Of a DNA stretch of 64,000 nucleotides, positions 35,889 through 49,100 are shown piece after piece (positions within the stretch are counted from its first letter, which is position 1; every line of letters starts with the position of its first letter). Under the pieces are notes generated by a model. It saw only the letters and a program-made list of their open reading frames with translations, did not search any database and was not told the DNA's origin. This stretch comes from Balanoglossus misakiensis. Lineage: Eukaryota > Animalia > Hemichordata. Both the position numbers and the translations under genes were made by a program. Location: NCBI GenBank assembly GCA_040954595.2, contig CM082579.2:12029834-12093833 (forward strand). The letters run 5' to 3'.

Positions 35889-38710
35889 CAACAAAACATC
35901 CAAGTAGATATACAGTCCACCAATGAAACAAGAGATCAAAACTGAACAATTTCACTTTTTACAAGGACAGATATTCAGTATTCACTTTAAATGCTTGAAA
36001 AGCAACACCTAATTAATAAGGAATTGCTCAGTACATGTTTTAGTTTTTTTTCAACACAGCCCTTTTGCAGTAATCAGCATTGTTATTGTTGAAAATTGGA
36101 TTCAAGTTCGGACGGAATCTCTGTCAGTATAGAAACACATTCTACCATGGTCCCACCACTAACAGTCATTTGAAGTTTTCAATATAAACGTCAGGAGGCA
36201 TGGTCGCTTCAAGATCCTGAAATAAGAAACGGTGATTAAAACTCTACAGCTTGTGTTTCAGATCTGAGGTGATCATTACTAACCCTATGCGTTTTAGAAA
36301 TTATGTCCATTTTTGGAACTTTATTTGTGCCTAGTCAATTACACTATTGCTCATAACCTAATCTTTACATTCTATATTTAAGAATGGTTTTATTTTTTAT
36401 AAATTAAGCTTATATAATTATCCAAAATAACTTCAAAACAATACAGTAAATGTGTTTGAAGGACTGAAGAAAGTGTTTAATTTGCATGCAGAGGTGTCTG
36501 GTGTATAGACTGGAAAATGTGTTCGGTATAGATAGGTTTCCAGATTAGACAGGGTTCAGTTTAGACAGGTTTTACTGTAACTTCTTCTGCTAGTTGGCCT
36601 CATAATGGTTTGATTGCAGTGCGGGATTCTGAGCAATGACAATCTATAGCCAGTAAGCATATTTTTCAATCATTTTCAAAACGTGTGAGCATGTTTTCAG
36701 TTCATATCTGGGTACTGTACATGTAGCACCAAAAATGAATCTTTCGCCATGGTCACTTGTATTTTTGCATGATATGAACAATTCTCTGCGTGAATAGTCA
36801 TTAAGGATGTATGTTCAGTAAAATTGAAAATACATGTATTATCATTTCTTTTAATTGTTGATTTTTGGATTCTCCTTTGTATGTATAATGAAAATCTGTA
36901 ATAAAATATAGGGGTCACCGCGCTTGTTTTTGAAATACAGAGCCATGAATTTAGTCGATAATAGAAGAAATCTGCTGACTCAGCATTTTTCACCAATGGT
37001 TTGTCTGTGGGCAAAAATTTGAACGAAATTCATCTCAAAATACAGTGCGGTGACCATACAATTTTATTTGATATATGAATTTATATTTACTTGACTGAGC
37101 TATGTGTAAAATTTCGTAAATGTGACAATAGTAGAAGTTTGTTTTCTAGCAATTATCAATGTTTATCAGTTTATGTTCTGTGCGTACATCCTTAAAATGT
37201 CCTTGTTGGCTGTATATATATGTATATAATTGTACTTGTTCAATTGCGAGCTGTTTATTTACCTCATGGAATAATCAAGCTTAGCAACAAGCTCAGTGTT
37301 AGGACAAAGAAAGAAAATGACTACAGAAATCTAAATGCTTCCAAATACGCACAATAATGGACCTATTTTCATGCCTACCTCTGTTGTCAGTGACAGAGTG
37401 CATTGAGTGTCCATCATCTGTCAGTTTTAAACTTCCTCTCAGAAAGACTTGTCTGATTGCTGAGCAGTTTTGTATACAGGTCCCCCAGGGAATGGGCCTA
37501 GTGGAATTTGTTCAAACTGTGATGAAATCTGTGATTTTCAATTTAAGTGAGAACATTTCTTCGCCGATATTGTAAAATGTCATGTACTTTTGAAATTGTG
37601 ACACAGTTCCCTGGGAAGACGGAGTCAAGTTGTGAGGAAATGTTCAGTTTCACATTTTTGGAGCACTTTTGGTCAAACGGTCTTTTTTGCAATAATGTTC
37701 GCTCTAAAAAACTGTGTGTGCACTTTCAGCTGGTTTCAACGTCCCGCAAACAACGGTGTAAACAAAAAAGATGAACTCGACAAAACATCTTGCCGCAATG
37801 CTGTTTGTTTTACCCCTGATACGACCAACTTTTTATGAAGGCTCCTGCGGATGGTCAAAAAAGATGACCTGCTACGCCATGCCTTACCATTTTCAGCTGG
37901 GACACAAAATCTCCCATGAGAGATTGTTTTCACAAGTGAGAAGTGTCTGGTTTATGATCAACTTCTGTACCTTTCAACATGGCTCCAATAGGTACAATAG
38001 ACACATATACTTGTAGACATTGCTTTGTCTGAAACAATTATTTTGCGTACATCTGTGAGTACATATGTACATCCACTGAGAACCTATGATGTGTCAAACT
38101 TAGGTTGAAAATGTCAGTCATGTATTTTGCTGGCAACTTTGTTATTTTAATTTTTAAAACTCAGTTTTGTTTGCAGGATCATTAGGGTGAAACTTTCAAT
38201 ATTGTACAAGGGAATATTGTCATTCTTTGGCCAAAACAAGATTTTTCAGAAAGGGACTGACCGATCCAAAGAGTCTAACTATAACTGACATGTACATGTA
38301 TATCCCTTTTGAATGTAACAATTCTCATCAAGTGGAAACACTGGGTGTCCTTGATGCTTGTATTTCTGATTTTAAAAAAAAAAGATATCTTCACGTAAAA
38401 TCTTTTTTTTTCCAGTTCACTTTTTCTACTGGTTTGCTTGGTAATAATGCTGCAAGAATACTACTTTTACATGATTGTTTTTAAAAAAAATATTCGATTT
38501 TTTTATTAATGAATCATTTATAAAGTAAAAAGCATCTCAACAAATATTTTCATGTATTTACTGACAGTTTTACATTTGAGTACATTTTGGTCTGGAAAGT
38601 TTTTTTGGGGCAAATGCGTATTTCCATCATTGGGATTTGATTAAATAAAATAAACATAACATTTATGTTGGATCCCATTTTCTGTACATTTTATATGTTA
38701 GAGAATTAAT

Positions 38711-38759
<49 letters not shown>

Positions 38760-38875
38760 ATGTTTGTGTGTGTGTATGTATGTATGTATGTATGTATGTA
38801 TGTATGTGTGTATGTATGTATGTATGTATGTATGTATGTATGTATCTATGTATCTATGTATCTATGTATCTATGT
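38711..38875. repeat. Compound microsatellite (TCTG)n(TATG)n(TATCTATG)n
   Basis: Seen directly. Confidence 0.95.
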
Positions 38876-40810
38876 AATTTTGCTAGCAACATTTTACACA
38901 CATAATTCCACAAAACAATTCAACTTCTCTGGAATTATTATAACCACTGTTCAATCCTGTAAGATTTCTTCACATATGGCTGAATAATGTTTGCTGTAAA
39001 TTGTACAGAATTCTATTCATTTCATGGCAAGATACAAAGTCACATGATCCAGAGAATCACATGACTCCAACATTATCAATATATACAGAACCTCACATAG
39101 GTGAATAATTTGTGAAAAGGTTGGTTTCATTGTTCATATCATAACAAAAGACTCGTTTTATATTCAACGTTTATTAAATCTGTATTCTACTGGGTATTTA
39201 ATTACACATAAATATATATTAGCCACAGTTTATGCAGTACGTGAAAGCTTGCCTTTTCTTGAAGTGATTCACCTAAACATGCAGCAATGAAACATTGTCC
39301 CTCAGAGTGTGAACAGATATACAGTGTATGCTGTATGGCTGTTATTGATTGACCAGAGATGTAGTGAACTTTCAGAGATGGTACAGAAATCAGAATTGTT
39401 TCACAGAATTTGGGAAAACAGCTGGTAAAAGTTAGAATTTTCACTAGTGACCATTGACTGACCACGGACTCTTATCAAAATCAACGATATCATTATGATA
39501 TAAACACTGCATTTGACACGATACGATACAGACTGTAGTCACATTTTATTTTTTATACTCAAAATTAATGACTTCCACTTATTAATGGTGATTGTGACGT
39601 CACTTAGTAAAAAGTGCTATTCTGAACGTTAATTGATTTCAACAGTAGGCATTAATTTTGTAATATAAGGTATACAGGGCAGAATAAGCGTCTTTGAATG
39701 TCCTGATGTGACCAATCAAATGTATATTATTCCCTTTCATTGAAAATTTAAATGCAGGTAAAATTTGGTTAATCCCTAGAACTCATTAATACAAATTACG
39801 GTACATAATCCCTGCTACTCATTAAAGTTGAATAAAGGCCTGCAAAGAAACGTGGCACAATTTTAACCTTTTGACATTTACGTAAAATCACATAAATTTC
39901 ACTCACAAATTTGCAGTCCGTCTTGCAGGGGAAAAGAAACTGATTTTTGACAGGATTTGTAAATAACTGGTCAGGTGTAACTCCCGTAAACAATGACAAC
40001 AAAAACGTTTGCAGCTGCTTTACTGAAAATCTTGGCTCTCTGAAAATATAGATTGTTTACTCACTCTTAAAGAGATAAATTCGTTTAAAATATGTGCACT
40101 CACTAAAACTCATTTTCACAACACAAGCAGACACACAGAACACATTTTGTAAAAATTGGCCCAGTTGTAAACAGAAAAAATGTATAAATTTAACTGATAT
40201 ATTTCAAAAAGGTGGCTTTTATGCCTGTACAATGAGACAAAGAAAATGTGAGTGACTCTCGCATAACACTTCAAATTTGGTTCAGGTAGGACCATTTATA
40301 TACAGATATGTCCGCAAATGTATCTGGAAGATAACTCGGTAAATTTGCAATAGCAAAAATCAACCAATTCTAGGCTTGGTTCATGCATTAAATGTACACA
40401 AAAATTGACCTTTTCCCACAAAAGTTTGCCAGTTAAATTTGTCACCTGTTTATATGGAATACATATCAGACTATACAAGAAAATTCTTACGATCCACTGA
40501 CATAGCGAAAGATCAACATGATTGTCATTTGCTCTTTCAAATGATAAGTTTAAATGCGACCGATTTAATTGGTATCTGGCAGTTACTTTTTTGTGGGTGA
40601 CATGCTGTAAACATTGTGTCATTTTACTTCGTTTATATTTTTTTAGTTTGAAATTAGGAAGTTTCACATAAACCGAACATATTCAAAATATTCCCGATCA
40701 AATATTAACTGCAACAGCAAAAAAATTCAATACAGATTAACTGAAATATACTATCTTTTCAAAAGCTTCTATAAATTGAGTTCTTTTCCTCGGCTCTATA
40801 TAGATGTGCT

Positions 40811-41013
40811 AGGGACTGGCCAGTTTCTTCGGCCTGGGGCGGTGGATTCTACTTTGTAGATGTCATAATGTGAGTGACCCCTCCCCCTCACTGAAAATGG
40901 AAAGAGGGTCCATGCCACCACACCCCCGCTGGCGACCCCAATCACCCAATTCAAAAACAGGACGGACCCCCCTCCCCATGAATCCACCCAGCCGAAGAAA
41001 CTGACCAGTCCCT
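40811..41013. mobile_element. Short Harbinger-like MITE
   Basis: TIR AGGGACTGGCCAGTTTCTTCGGC / GCCGAAGAAACTGACCAGTCCCT; termini resemble the 19042 family. Confidence 0.75.
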
Positions 41014-41659
41014 TAGTCTTGTAGTACACTCGTGTCGGAATCAACAATACATTTATAGGTACTTAACCCCCGATCCAATTTTCATGTATTTACCATTTCC
41101 CCAACAAAATCAACATTTTGATAACCTCTCCACTAAGTTTTGTTAAGAAACTGTGTTACAAATGAAATAGTATCAGTATTCGGTAAAACTATGTTAATGC
41201 CCCAAAATTTACAAATAATGTTCGTTATTTTTCTCCAGAGGTATTTAGTGAATAATTGATTAATAGAATCAATTTTAATTTCCAGTAGAACAAATATTAC
41301 ATGGTAATAATCTGTGCAACAATGTCCACTGAAATTCTCCCAACTTTGTTTCTCTTCTTCACCAAAACTACACGAGTAAATCACCAGTTAAATCCAATGC
41401 TTATCATATTTTAATACGCCTGTCACTAGCAGTTACATTCTTCACTATGCTGTCGAACACTTGCTTTTCAAAACAAAAACAAAAGCGTAAATTAATTCAA
41501 CACTCATATCAGTACAATAAACCTAAGTCTTGCCATCTGTTTGACATGATACCTGACAAAACATATTTTTTTAATGCGGAAGTCCCTGAAAAGAAGGAGA
41601 TGTTCAAAAGCTCACAACAGAGCTGAATCCGGCCACGGGCTCTCCTGCAGAATCGATAA

Positions 41660-42973
41660 TCAAATATGATCCATGCGGTTTGTAAGTTCAGCCTTTGATA
41701 GAGCGGGAATATCATCATCCACAAAGGAAATGCTTTTGTTCATTAAACTGTCTGGCTCCCCCAGTGTTTTGTAGCCAAACATTTCGAAAGTTTGTTGGCC
41801 GCAAAGATTTTCTATTCCCCTGATCACATTAGGTGTGAGGTGGTAGCGCCAGGCTTGCGCCGTAGCTCTCGAATTTCTCTGCGTTTCGTAAGAGTGTTTT
41901 TCGCGGTTTGTAATAATCGGGTCGCTCCTTGTGTTGCCATCCAGCCACTCGGTTATCTTAGGGTGACCGGGAACACCAAGGAAGTCGTAGATTTCTTTGG
42001 CCATTTTGTAAGGATAGGTAGCGACGTCTTCATATCGAACTAGTTTATACTTTTTACGCAACCATTCTGGTCCATTTGCACCCTCCATTGCATTTCTCAC
42101 CATCCATTTGCAAACGTCTTTGGTTTTATGTACTAGTTGAGGGTCCATCATCCCCCGACCCGCGACGTACATTCGCTGTACGTTAGTATATTTAAGTTTG
42201 ATACGAGAATGTACCATCCCACGCGGATCTCTGATCAAGTGTATAATCTTGATGTTGTTGGTTTTATTTTTCAAATACGGCCACAGATCGCGAATATTTT
42301 CAATTCTAATCGTTTTCACGGCCAAATTGCGTCGCTGTCTGCATTTCTGATTGAACTGGGTCGTGTTGAAATTCTCCGGTAAAGAATTTGACTGGACCAC
42401 CCCCATCCATTTCTCATGTTTCAAGTATTGCACAAAAGACTCGGTAGTTTCGCAGTTTAATAGTTTGCCTAGCAATCTAATAACTTCCGACGCGAAATAC
42501 CTTTTGGGTAAAACATTTTTCTGCACCATGTGGTTCAGTACCAGGAATGGTTCAAACAGGTAAAAGAAATCGGGATGTTGATTGAAGAGTTGACCAAGAA
42601 AGGATGACCCTGTTCTCATTCTGGCCAATATTATCACTTTGACCGTTTCGTTTTCACCCGTCGTTTCCGAATCTGTCCAGTCGATATCTTCAACATCGTC
42701 AAGTAAAACGCCCCACCCTTCACCGTCATTCTCCATCTTCGACGGTGGCACACGAATCTGTGGACCAAAGCCGTAGCGGAAGGGAAGCAGAGGCTGCGAT
42801 GGGTACTTGCTGTAACGATGGCGGTATGCGTAGTGCGAATCTGCCCAGCGAAGTCGTTGCAGCATAGGAATGGCGGCGGATTTGAGTTTGGGAGTGATCA
42901 GAAGGATTAGGACGGCTACTGTCAGTGAAAGTAGGAAAAATGTAAACGGAATGGTGTTCATACGACAGGGCAT
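41660..42973 (-). CDS. Golgi carbohydrate 6-O-sulfotransferase, CHST1/CHST3-like (Gal/GalNAc/GlcNAc-6-ST family), 437 aa, single coding exon
   Basis: Type II N-terminal transmembrane segment (FFLLSLTVAVLILLI). 5'-PSB motif ILARMRTGSSFLGQLF..FYLFEP, 3'-PB motif IIHLIRDPRGMVHSR, plus VRYEDV and a C-terminal AWR..L..CG..M.GY pattern. Confidence 0.93.
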   Translation of the reverse strand: MPCRMNTIPFTFFLLSLTVAVLILLITPKLKSAAIPMLQRLRWADSHYAYRHRYSKYPSQPLLPFRYGFGPQIRVPPSKMENDGEGWGVLLDDVEDIDWTDSETTGENETVKVIILARMRTGSSFLGQLFNQHPDFFYLFEPFLVLNHMVQKNVLPKRYFASEVIRLLGKLLNCETTESFVQYLKHEKWMGVVQSNSLPENFNTTQFNQKCRQRRNLAVKTIRIENIRDLWPYLKNKTNNIKIIHLIRDPRGMVHSRIKLKYTNVQRMYVAGRGMMDPQLVHKTKDVCKWMVRNAMEGANGPEWLRKKYKLVRYEDVATYPYKMAKEIYDFLGVPGHPKITEWLDGNTRSDPIITNREKHSYETQRNSRATAQAWRYHLTPNVIRGIENLCGQQTFEMFGYKTLGEPDSLMNKSISFVDDDIPALSKAELTNRMDHI

Positions 42974-44349
42974 AGCGAATCAATCTTCACAGTGTTACAT
43001 TAAAAACGTACCATTACAGGTCATTCCCTCCTTTTCTGGTGTTCGCTTGTAAATGTCACACAGCGGTACTCGGCGTTTGCGGGGAAAAGATGAAAGACTC
43101 GTTCGATGTGTACAATTCCCATGTCAAACAGTCGTTAATTTCCATTTCCGTGTAGCCATCTCTGTGTCTTCTTGCGTTGAACGGTAGCAAACGTTATGAT
43201 GGACGTTCATTGGTTCTGATTGACATTCTCAATATTTGTCATAGATGATGAAGAGTCCAAGATTAAGAGAAACTTAATCATCGCAGCTCAACACCTTGCC
43301 TCAGCTGACAAACTGCGATCTTGTGGAGAGATGAAGCCTTACAACATTCGCCATTTAAAGCCGTATTTAAATCGGCCTACCCAGCTGTGCTTCTCTATTG
43401 AGTTGACCTCATTATCATGTGGAATATATGAACGTACATTTTTAATGATGCGTCTCTGTGTTATCCCAGAGAAATCACTCACATCAAAGGATCTTGCACT
43501 TTGTCACCGTTATCGGAATTCGCGTAATTGTCCATTAGGACCTAATTACTTTCGCGGTTGATTGCTTATATTCGAATGTACACATTGTGATTCAATTATA
43601 TATGCATATACATCTGTTGTGAACTCATAAGACAATGCCTTCGTCACACAGATATGACGTACATTCATATACTCAGGAGAACCGTTGTTACAGGATGGAA
43701 TACATGTATAATACATGTTCTAGGCCTATATTGAACGAACAGTGACATCACCCATGTCACCTAGACGCGTACAGACAGGCGCTTCGAATTCTCTTCGATC
43801 TTTTCACACCTGCTTGTATATAAGCTATGCCGCTGCAATACGTGCTGTAACATATATGGAACTCGTTTTGACCACAGAGAGTAATATGTTTTGACAGCTC
43901 AGCTTGTCAACAATCGTACAGAACGAACATGTATAGGCCTACTTCAACCATATCAACTGTTCAGAACAATTGATAACGCATGACTGCACAATGGCGACGC
44001 AATTAGGCACCAAATCGCCTAGCAACAGGATCAGCACTTCGAATGACTGAGCCACAGTGTCAGCCCTAAACAGCACCTCCATGTCGTTCTCTAAAATATC
44101 GGCCTCAATACATGAATATTAGGCCTACACATCGTTCTTTAAAAAATCGACCCAATACAGAATTCAACTATATATGAAGTTTCGACGAATAGCGCAAAAT
44201 CAGACTCAGCCCGTCTTTGGCCCAGAAGACCTTAAACGCCCAGTCACGGTGTCAATACACGTAAAAACGTGCACTGCACATAGCATAAGGATGTATTGCA
44301 CATTTTAAATAATATATAGTTGGTGCACGTGAAAAAAGATATCGCAAAT

Positions 44350-45015
44350 GACAGTGGAACCACCCCTTCATTCTTCGCCAGATTTCATTGATTGGCTGGT
44401 TTGTCTAGTTTACCAGAGCAGAGTACTTGCCACCCCACCACCACCCATGCTAACTTTGAGTGTCCAAATTAATAAAAGTAAAATTTGCCCTCCCCAACAT
44501 TGAGTTAAATTTGCTTTTTAGTCCATTAAAATGCAACTTTGAGCTCCGTATTTTACAACATTTTCTTATCTGGGAGGAGGACACCCCTCCCACACCCACC
44601 TCTTCACTTCTTTTGTTTTACCAATTCTACCAACTATCGTATTGACTTGTCATTTTAATTTATTCATAGATTTCTTTATTGCAATACGATACTATTATAC
44701 ACCTCAATTACAAATTTCTTAAAGAAATTTGTAATTGGGGTGTGGGGAGCCTCTTTACCTTTATTGCATACAGTGAACATAAGATCAGGACGGCGAGCAA
44801 GCTCTTGAAAACAAGCTTTTTTCCTCCACAAGTAGTTGTGGTTTTTTTTTTTTTTTTTTTTTTTTTTGGGGGGGGGGGGTCATCATATTTTTTGCCTGTC
44901 AAAGAGAGGGGGGGTCATCATTTTTTTGGTTCAGGCTGAAGGGGGTCTGCCTGTTTTTGAAAAACGATGACACAACCACCGACCCCTCCAGCCGTAAACA
45001 ACTGAAGGGTCCCCA
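44350..45015 (-). mobile_element. Harbinger-like G/C-tract element, reversed copy between the sulfotransferase and RECQL5 starts
   Basis: Ends GCCGTAAACAACTGAAGGGTCCC, the reverse complement of the family's left terminus. Confidence 0.7.
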
Positions 45016-46163
45016 ATTAACGTACATGTACATGATATTGTAACATTTCATTACATGTACTAATGTAGCAGGTGCATGCATACAAATGTAATTTTAAATG
45101 CTGTAAGCATAGTGTGAAGAATTGCATGATTGAAGAACGGGAGCTAGCTGTTCCTCTTGTTATTCTCACTGTTGAAGTTTGTTTATATTTATCAAAACAA
45201 TTTATTGTGTGTTCATGTTCATCAACAATCAAGTGTATAATGAGTATTTTTACAAGCTTGCTTACCAGTATATATCGCTCAAAGGACGATGTTAGAATTG
45301 AACTTGCCAATACATCCATACACATTGGGTTCTGTCCGTCCATTGACATTTGTAAGAAGTGCCCGGACCGATTTTTCTCAAACTTGGCAAAAGTATGAAC
45401 CAGAATGGCATAATGAACTCAGACATGTGTAAATACTTGTTCAAAAATAGGCCCCTAGATACAAATCACTATGTATATGTCACAGAGAAGAAATGCCTGT
45501 CTGAAAATTATAACGCACAAAAGCACAAATCTATACACTACATGCTCCGACTGATGCTTTATTTTAGCAAAAGCCAGTAAATAACACGATACCTCGTTTG
45601 TTCGGAACAATCCCACACCAGTAATTCCGGTTACCACATTCAAACAGAAACACACTATTTCGTTCACAACAAAGAGGTGCGTGTACGTTTGAAACTTACA
45701 TTTACACACAGCTAGCTTTATTGCAGTTCTCGTTGAAACAAACCCACGAAATATTTTATTCCGTGTTCGTTGAGGGCGTCGCGTTTATGCATTTATATTT
45801 CTCTTCCAAGTCAGCGGCGGGTTGTGATGTGTACGGAAATCCGAGGCCCACGATCACTTGTTTGTTTTAAGATCCTCTTCTCCAATACAAACAGTATGGG
45901 ACCATTTTCCAAAGTAATAGAATTGTCAACATGTGTAGGAATTTAAAAACATCAGAAAATGTTCAAGTACTTCACAAAATTGTGCCTTTTTGGACGAAAC
46001 GCGCACTAGAATGACTGTCAACGACCAACACGAATACGAATACGAATTCGAGGACAACGACTTCTGAGTCGAACATGACCTAGAGTAATACCCAGGCCCA
46101 AGTGATGTGAAGCATGTTGACATTTATTCATCCTTCTGGAGTTATTTTCGCATATTTACAAAA

Positions 46164-49100
46164 ATGCCGAAAGATAGGAAATCTGGGACCGTCAGATCAA
46201 AGAAAATTACAGAGTTTTTGTTAAAATCTGAAAGTAGCAGAGAGAAGGAAGTCGGTGGTGATGGTGATGTTTTGCGAAGTGTGTTCGGACACGAGGGCTT
46301 TAAGTCAGAGACACAGCGGAAAGCAGTCGAAGCCGTCACATCAGGTAAATCAGCAAGTTTGTCCATAAATTACGGATCTCTTCCTTCATACCTCATTTAT
46401 ACCATAGGGTCTGTTGTGTCTCCGTGTAGCAACCTATGCGCAGGTTTTGCCTTGGTTTGTGTGTTAAGACCATGGACGTAAAAAGATCTTACCCGAGGGG
46501 GTGTGTCACTGTGTACGTTGACAGCGGCAACCCTCACCTGACACCAAAGGACAGTGTAGACAAAGAGAACACAATAAGTGTGAATGGGCTTAAGCAGCAG
46601 TCCTGTACTGTTACCAACGCCACATGGCCTCTGTTGACCCGTATTCAGGACTATGCCATGGTTGTGGATTATTGAGGTGTATCAATGTCCATGGAGGAAT
46701 ACTAGTATGCCATATGTACTATTGCTACCACTTGCACATGTGTTTATCATATGCCGTACCTCGACACTCTGTTTTTTTAAGGAGGTACAGCATATCTGGG
46801 GGATTTGAATTCTATCTCACTATGATATCTGTATGAATAAAACACCACAACCACAAACTCACAAAAATATATACACTCAGTGAATTGATGTAAAATGGGC
46901 ATTTCATGAAGACGTAAGGTAGGGTTATACACAAAATATAGCCCTGTAGTCTGTACATGGACTTGTGCTCAGAGTTAGTCTGGTCCCCTAGCTGTCCCAT
47001 TTCCCACTGCAGACTAGCTCAGTGAATAATGTATTGGACTTGCCTACGGCTTGTCCAATAACTTTTATGTCGCTTGCTGAGCTTTTGTCCATACAGGGCC
47101 GTACATTGTGAATAACCCTATATTATAATATAAATATAACACCGGAAAATCATCAGTTTGCAATACCCATGATATCTTTTCCCTAGACAACAATCTTTTA
47201 CTAGTTTTAGAGACCTCGTGCTTGCAGAGTTGTGATTTAATATTAGAAACCAGCCAATTTGTACAAATGGTTTTTGCATTGTACCAGCAATGTGTGCATG
47301 CAGATCATTCAGAAACAAGTGGCATTCTAACTATTACCGTTAAAGTCATTTTATAAGACGCACCTTGTTTGAGTGACAGTGTGTGCCGAAAAGGGGGTGC
47401 GACTGATAATACCAATGTTCTGTTGTATTCGTTTCCTTAAAATCTCCTCCCAAACAAGTCTTTCAAAGAAGGGGTGCGACTTATAATACCGCTGCGACTT
47501 ATAAAATGACTTTAACGGTAATTGTTCAAGTGAGACTACACATTGGCTAACTTTTTGTCAAATACATAGGAAATTCATCATAACTCTAATATTTTCAATT
47601 ATTAATATGAACAAAGCTCTTCGGAAGTACGAGTTAGTTGTTTCATAGTACAACACTTTTCTTTGATTTACAGTATAATAAAATTGTATTTATATTTTTT
47701 TTATCACCAGGAAGAAGTGATGTGTTTGTTTCCATGCCAACGGGTGCAGGGAAGTCTCTATGCTACCAACTGCCTGCAGTGCTGTCTGGAAAAGTGGCCA
47801 TAGTAATATCACCACTGATTGCTCTGATACATGACCAGATAGAGTATCTACGAAAGAAACGCATTGTTGCTGAATCTCTGAATTCTCGTATTCCTGCAGC
47901 AGAGCGTCGACGTATATTGGCAGACTTGAACAGCAAACAGCCTAAAGTGAAGTTGCTGTATATTACTCCAGAGCTTGCTGCAACAAAAGGCTTTCAACCA
48001 ATTCTAAGCTCTCTGAAAAACAGAAATTTATTGTCGTATCTGGTAGTTGATGAAGCTCACTGTGTATCGCAGTGGGGGCATGATTTCCGGCCGGACTATT
48101 TGAAACTTGGCAGCCTTCGCAAAAGACTGTCAGATACACCGTGCATTGCATTGACAGCCACTGCCCCAAAACACGTGCAAGAAGATGTACTTTCGGTTTT
48201 GAAGTTGAAGAAACCTGTAGCAGTGTTTCGGACTAGCTGTTTTCGGCCCAATTTGAAGTATGATGTCAAGTTTAAAGAACTGTTGGACAATCCATACAAG
48301 GATCTACAAGAGTTTATACAAAGTGCTCTTGGTAATGAGACTGAGGAAGGGGTAAGAAATGAATTCTGATCAATTTTGGAATGTTCTATGAAATAGTCTG
48401 TGCTGTGTCTTCCTCATCTTCATTAAAGCTCCAATAGCTGCCACTTTAAGTTTTTAACCATTTTTTAATAACTAAAATACTTCAGTCGTTTATCCATATC
48501 CTTAGTCGACAAATGACACTTTCTTTTACTTTATTGGGATGTTAATACCCATGTGGGCATACCACAATAATTGTGCATTCCTGCAACATTGGCCAGTTGA
48601 ATGAACGGGTGCAGTACCTGTTTGTTATTTCACTTGATTTTTTTTATATTCACATGCACGGTCACAATCAGAGGTAAATGTAGAAAATATGTTTGTTTTT
48701 ACCCATCAGTTAGCTGATTTAAGTGGACCAGTCTAAGTTTTTGAGTAAATTAAAAAAATCATGAAAATAATCAAAAGGTGGCAGCTATTGGGGCTTTAAG
48801 TTCATGTACACTTACATGTATACATGTGTATTCTGTGGCCAGAGTGTTCAGATTTTGGGTTTCTCATATTGCAAACAGATAAAGATGATGACATTTTCAG
48901 GACCCTGAAATGGCCTTACATCCTGGTATTTCTGATGGTCTCTTCTAGTCAAAGTTCAGTGTTTTAGTTTTAACATACAATTTGTAAATGTTTGTGTGAA
49001 AATGAACTACAGTGGCAATTAAGCACGTAATTCAGTGATACAACTCAGCTACAGTTGTAGTCGTTGTAGTCATCTACATACATGAATAAACTGGTGGAGT

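Noticed and set aside
41660-42973. Intronless sulfotransferase as a retrocopy or horizontal transfer
   Set aside because: Single-coding-exon structure is common in the CHST 6-O-sulfotransferase family, and no poly-A or TSD relic was seen.
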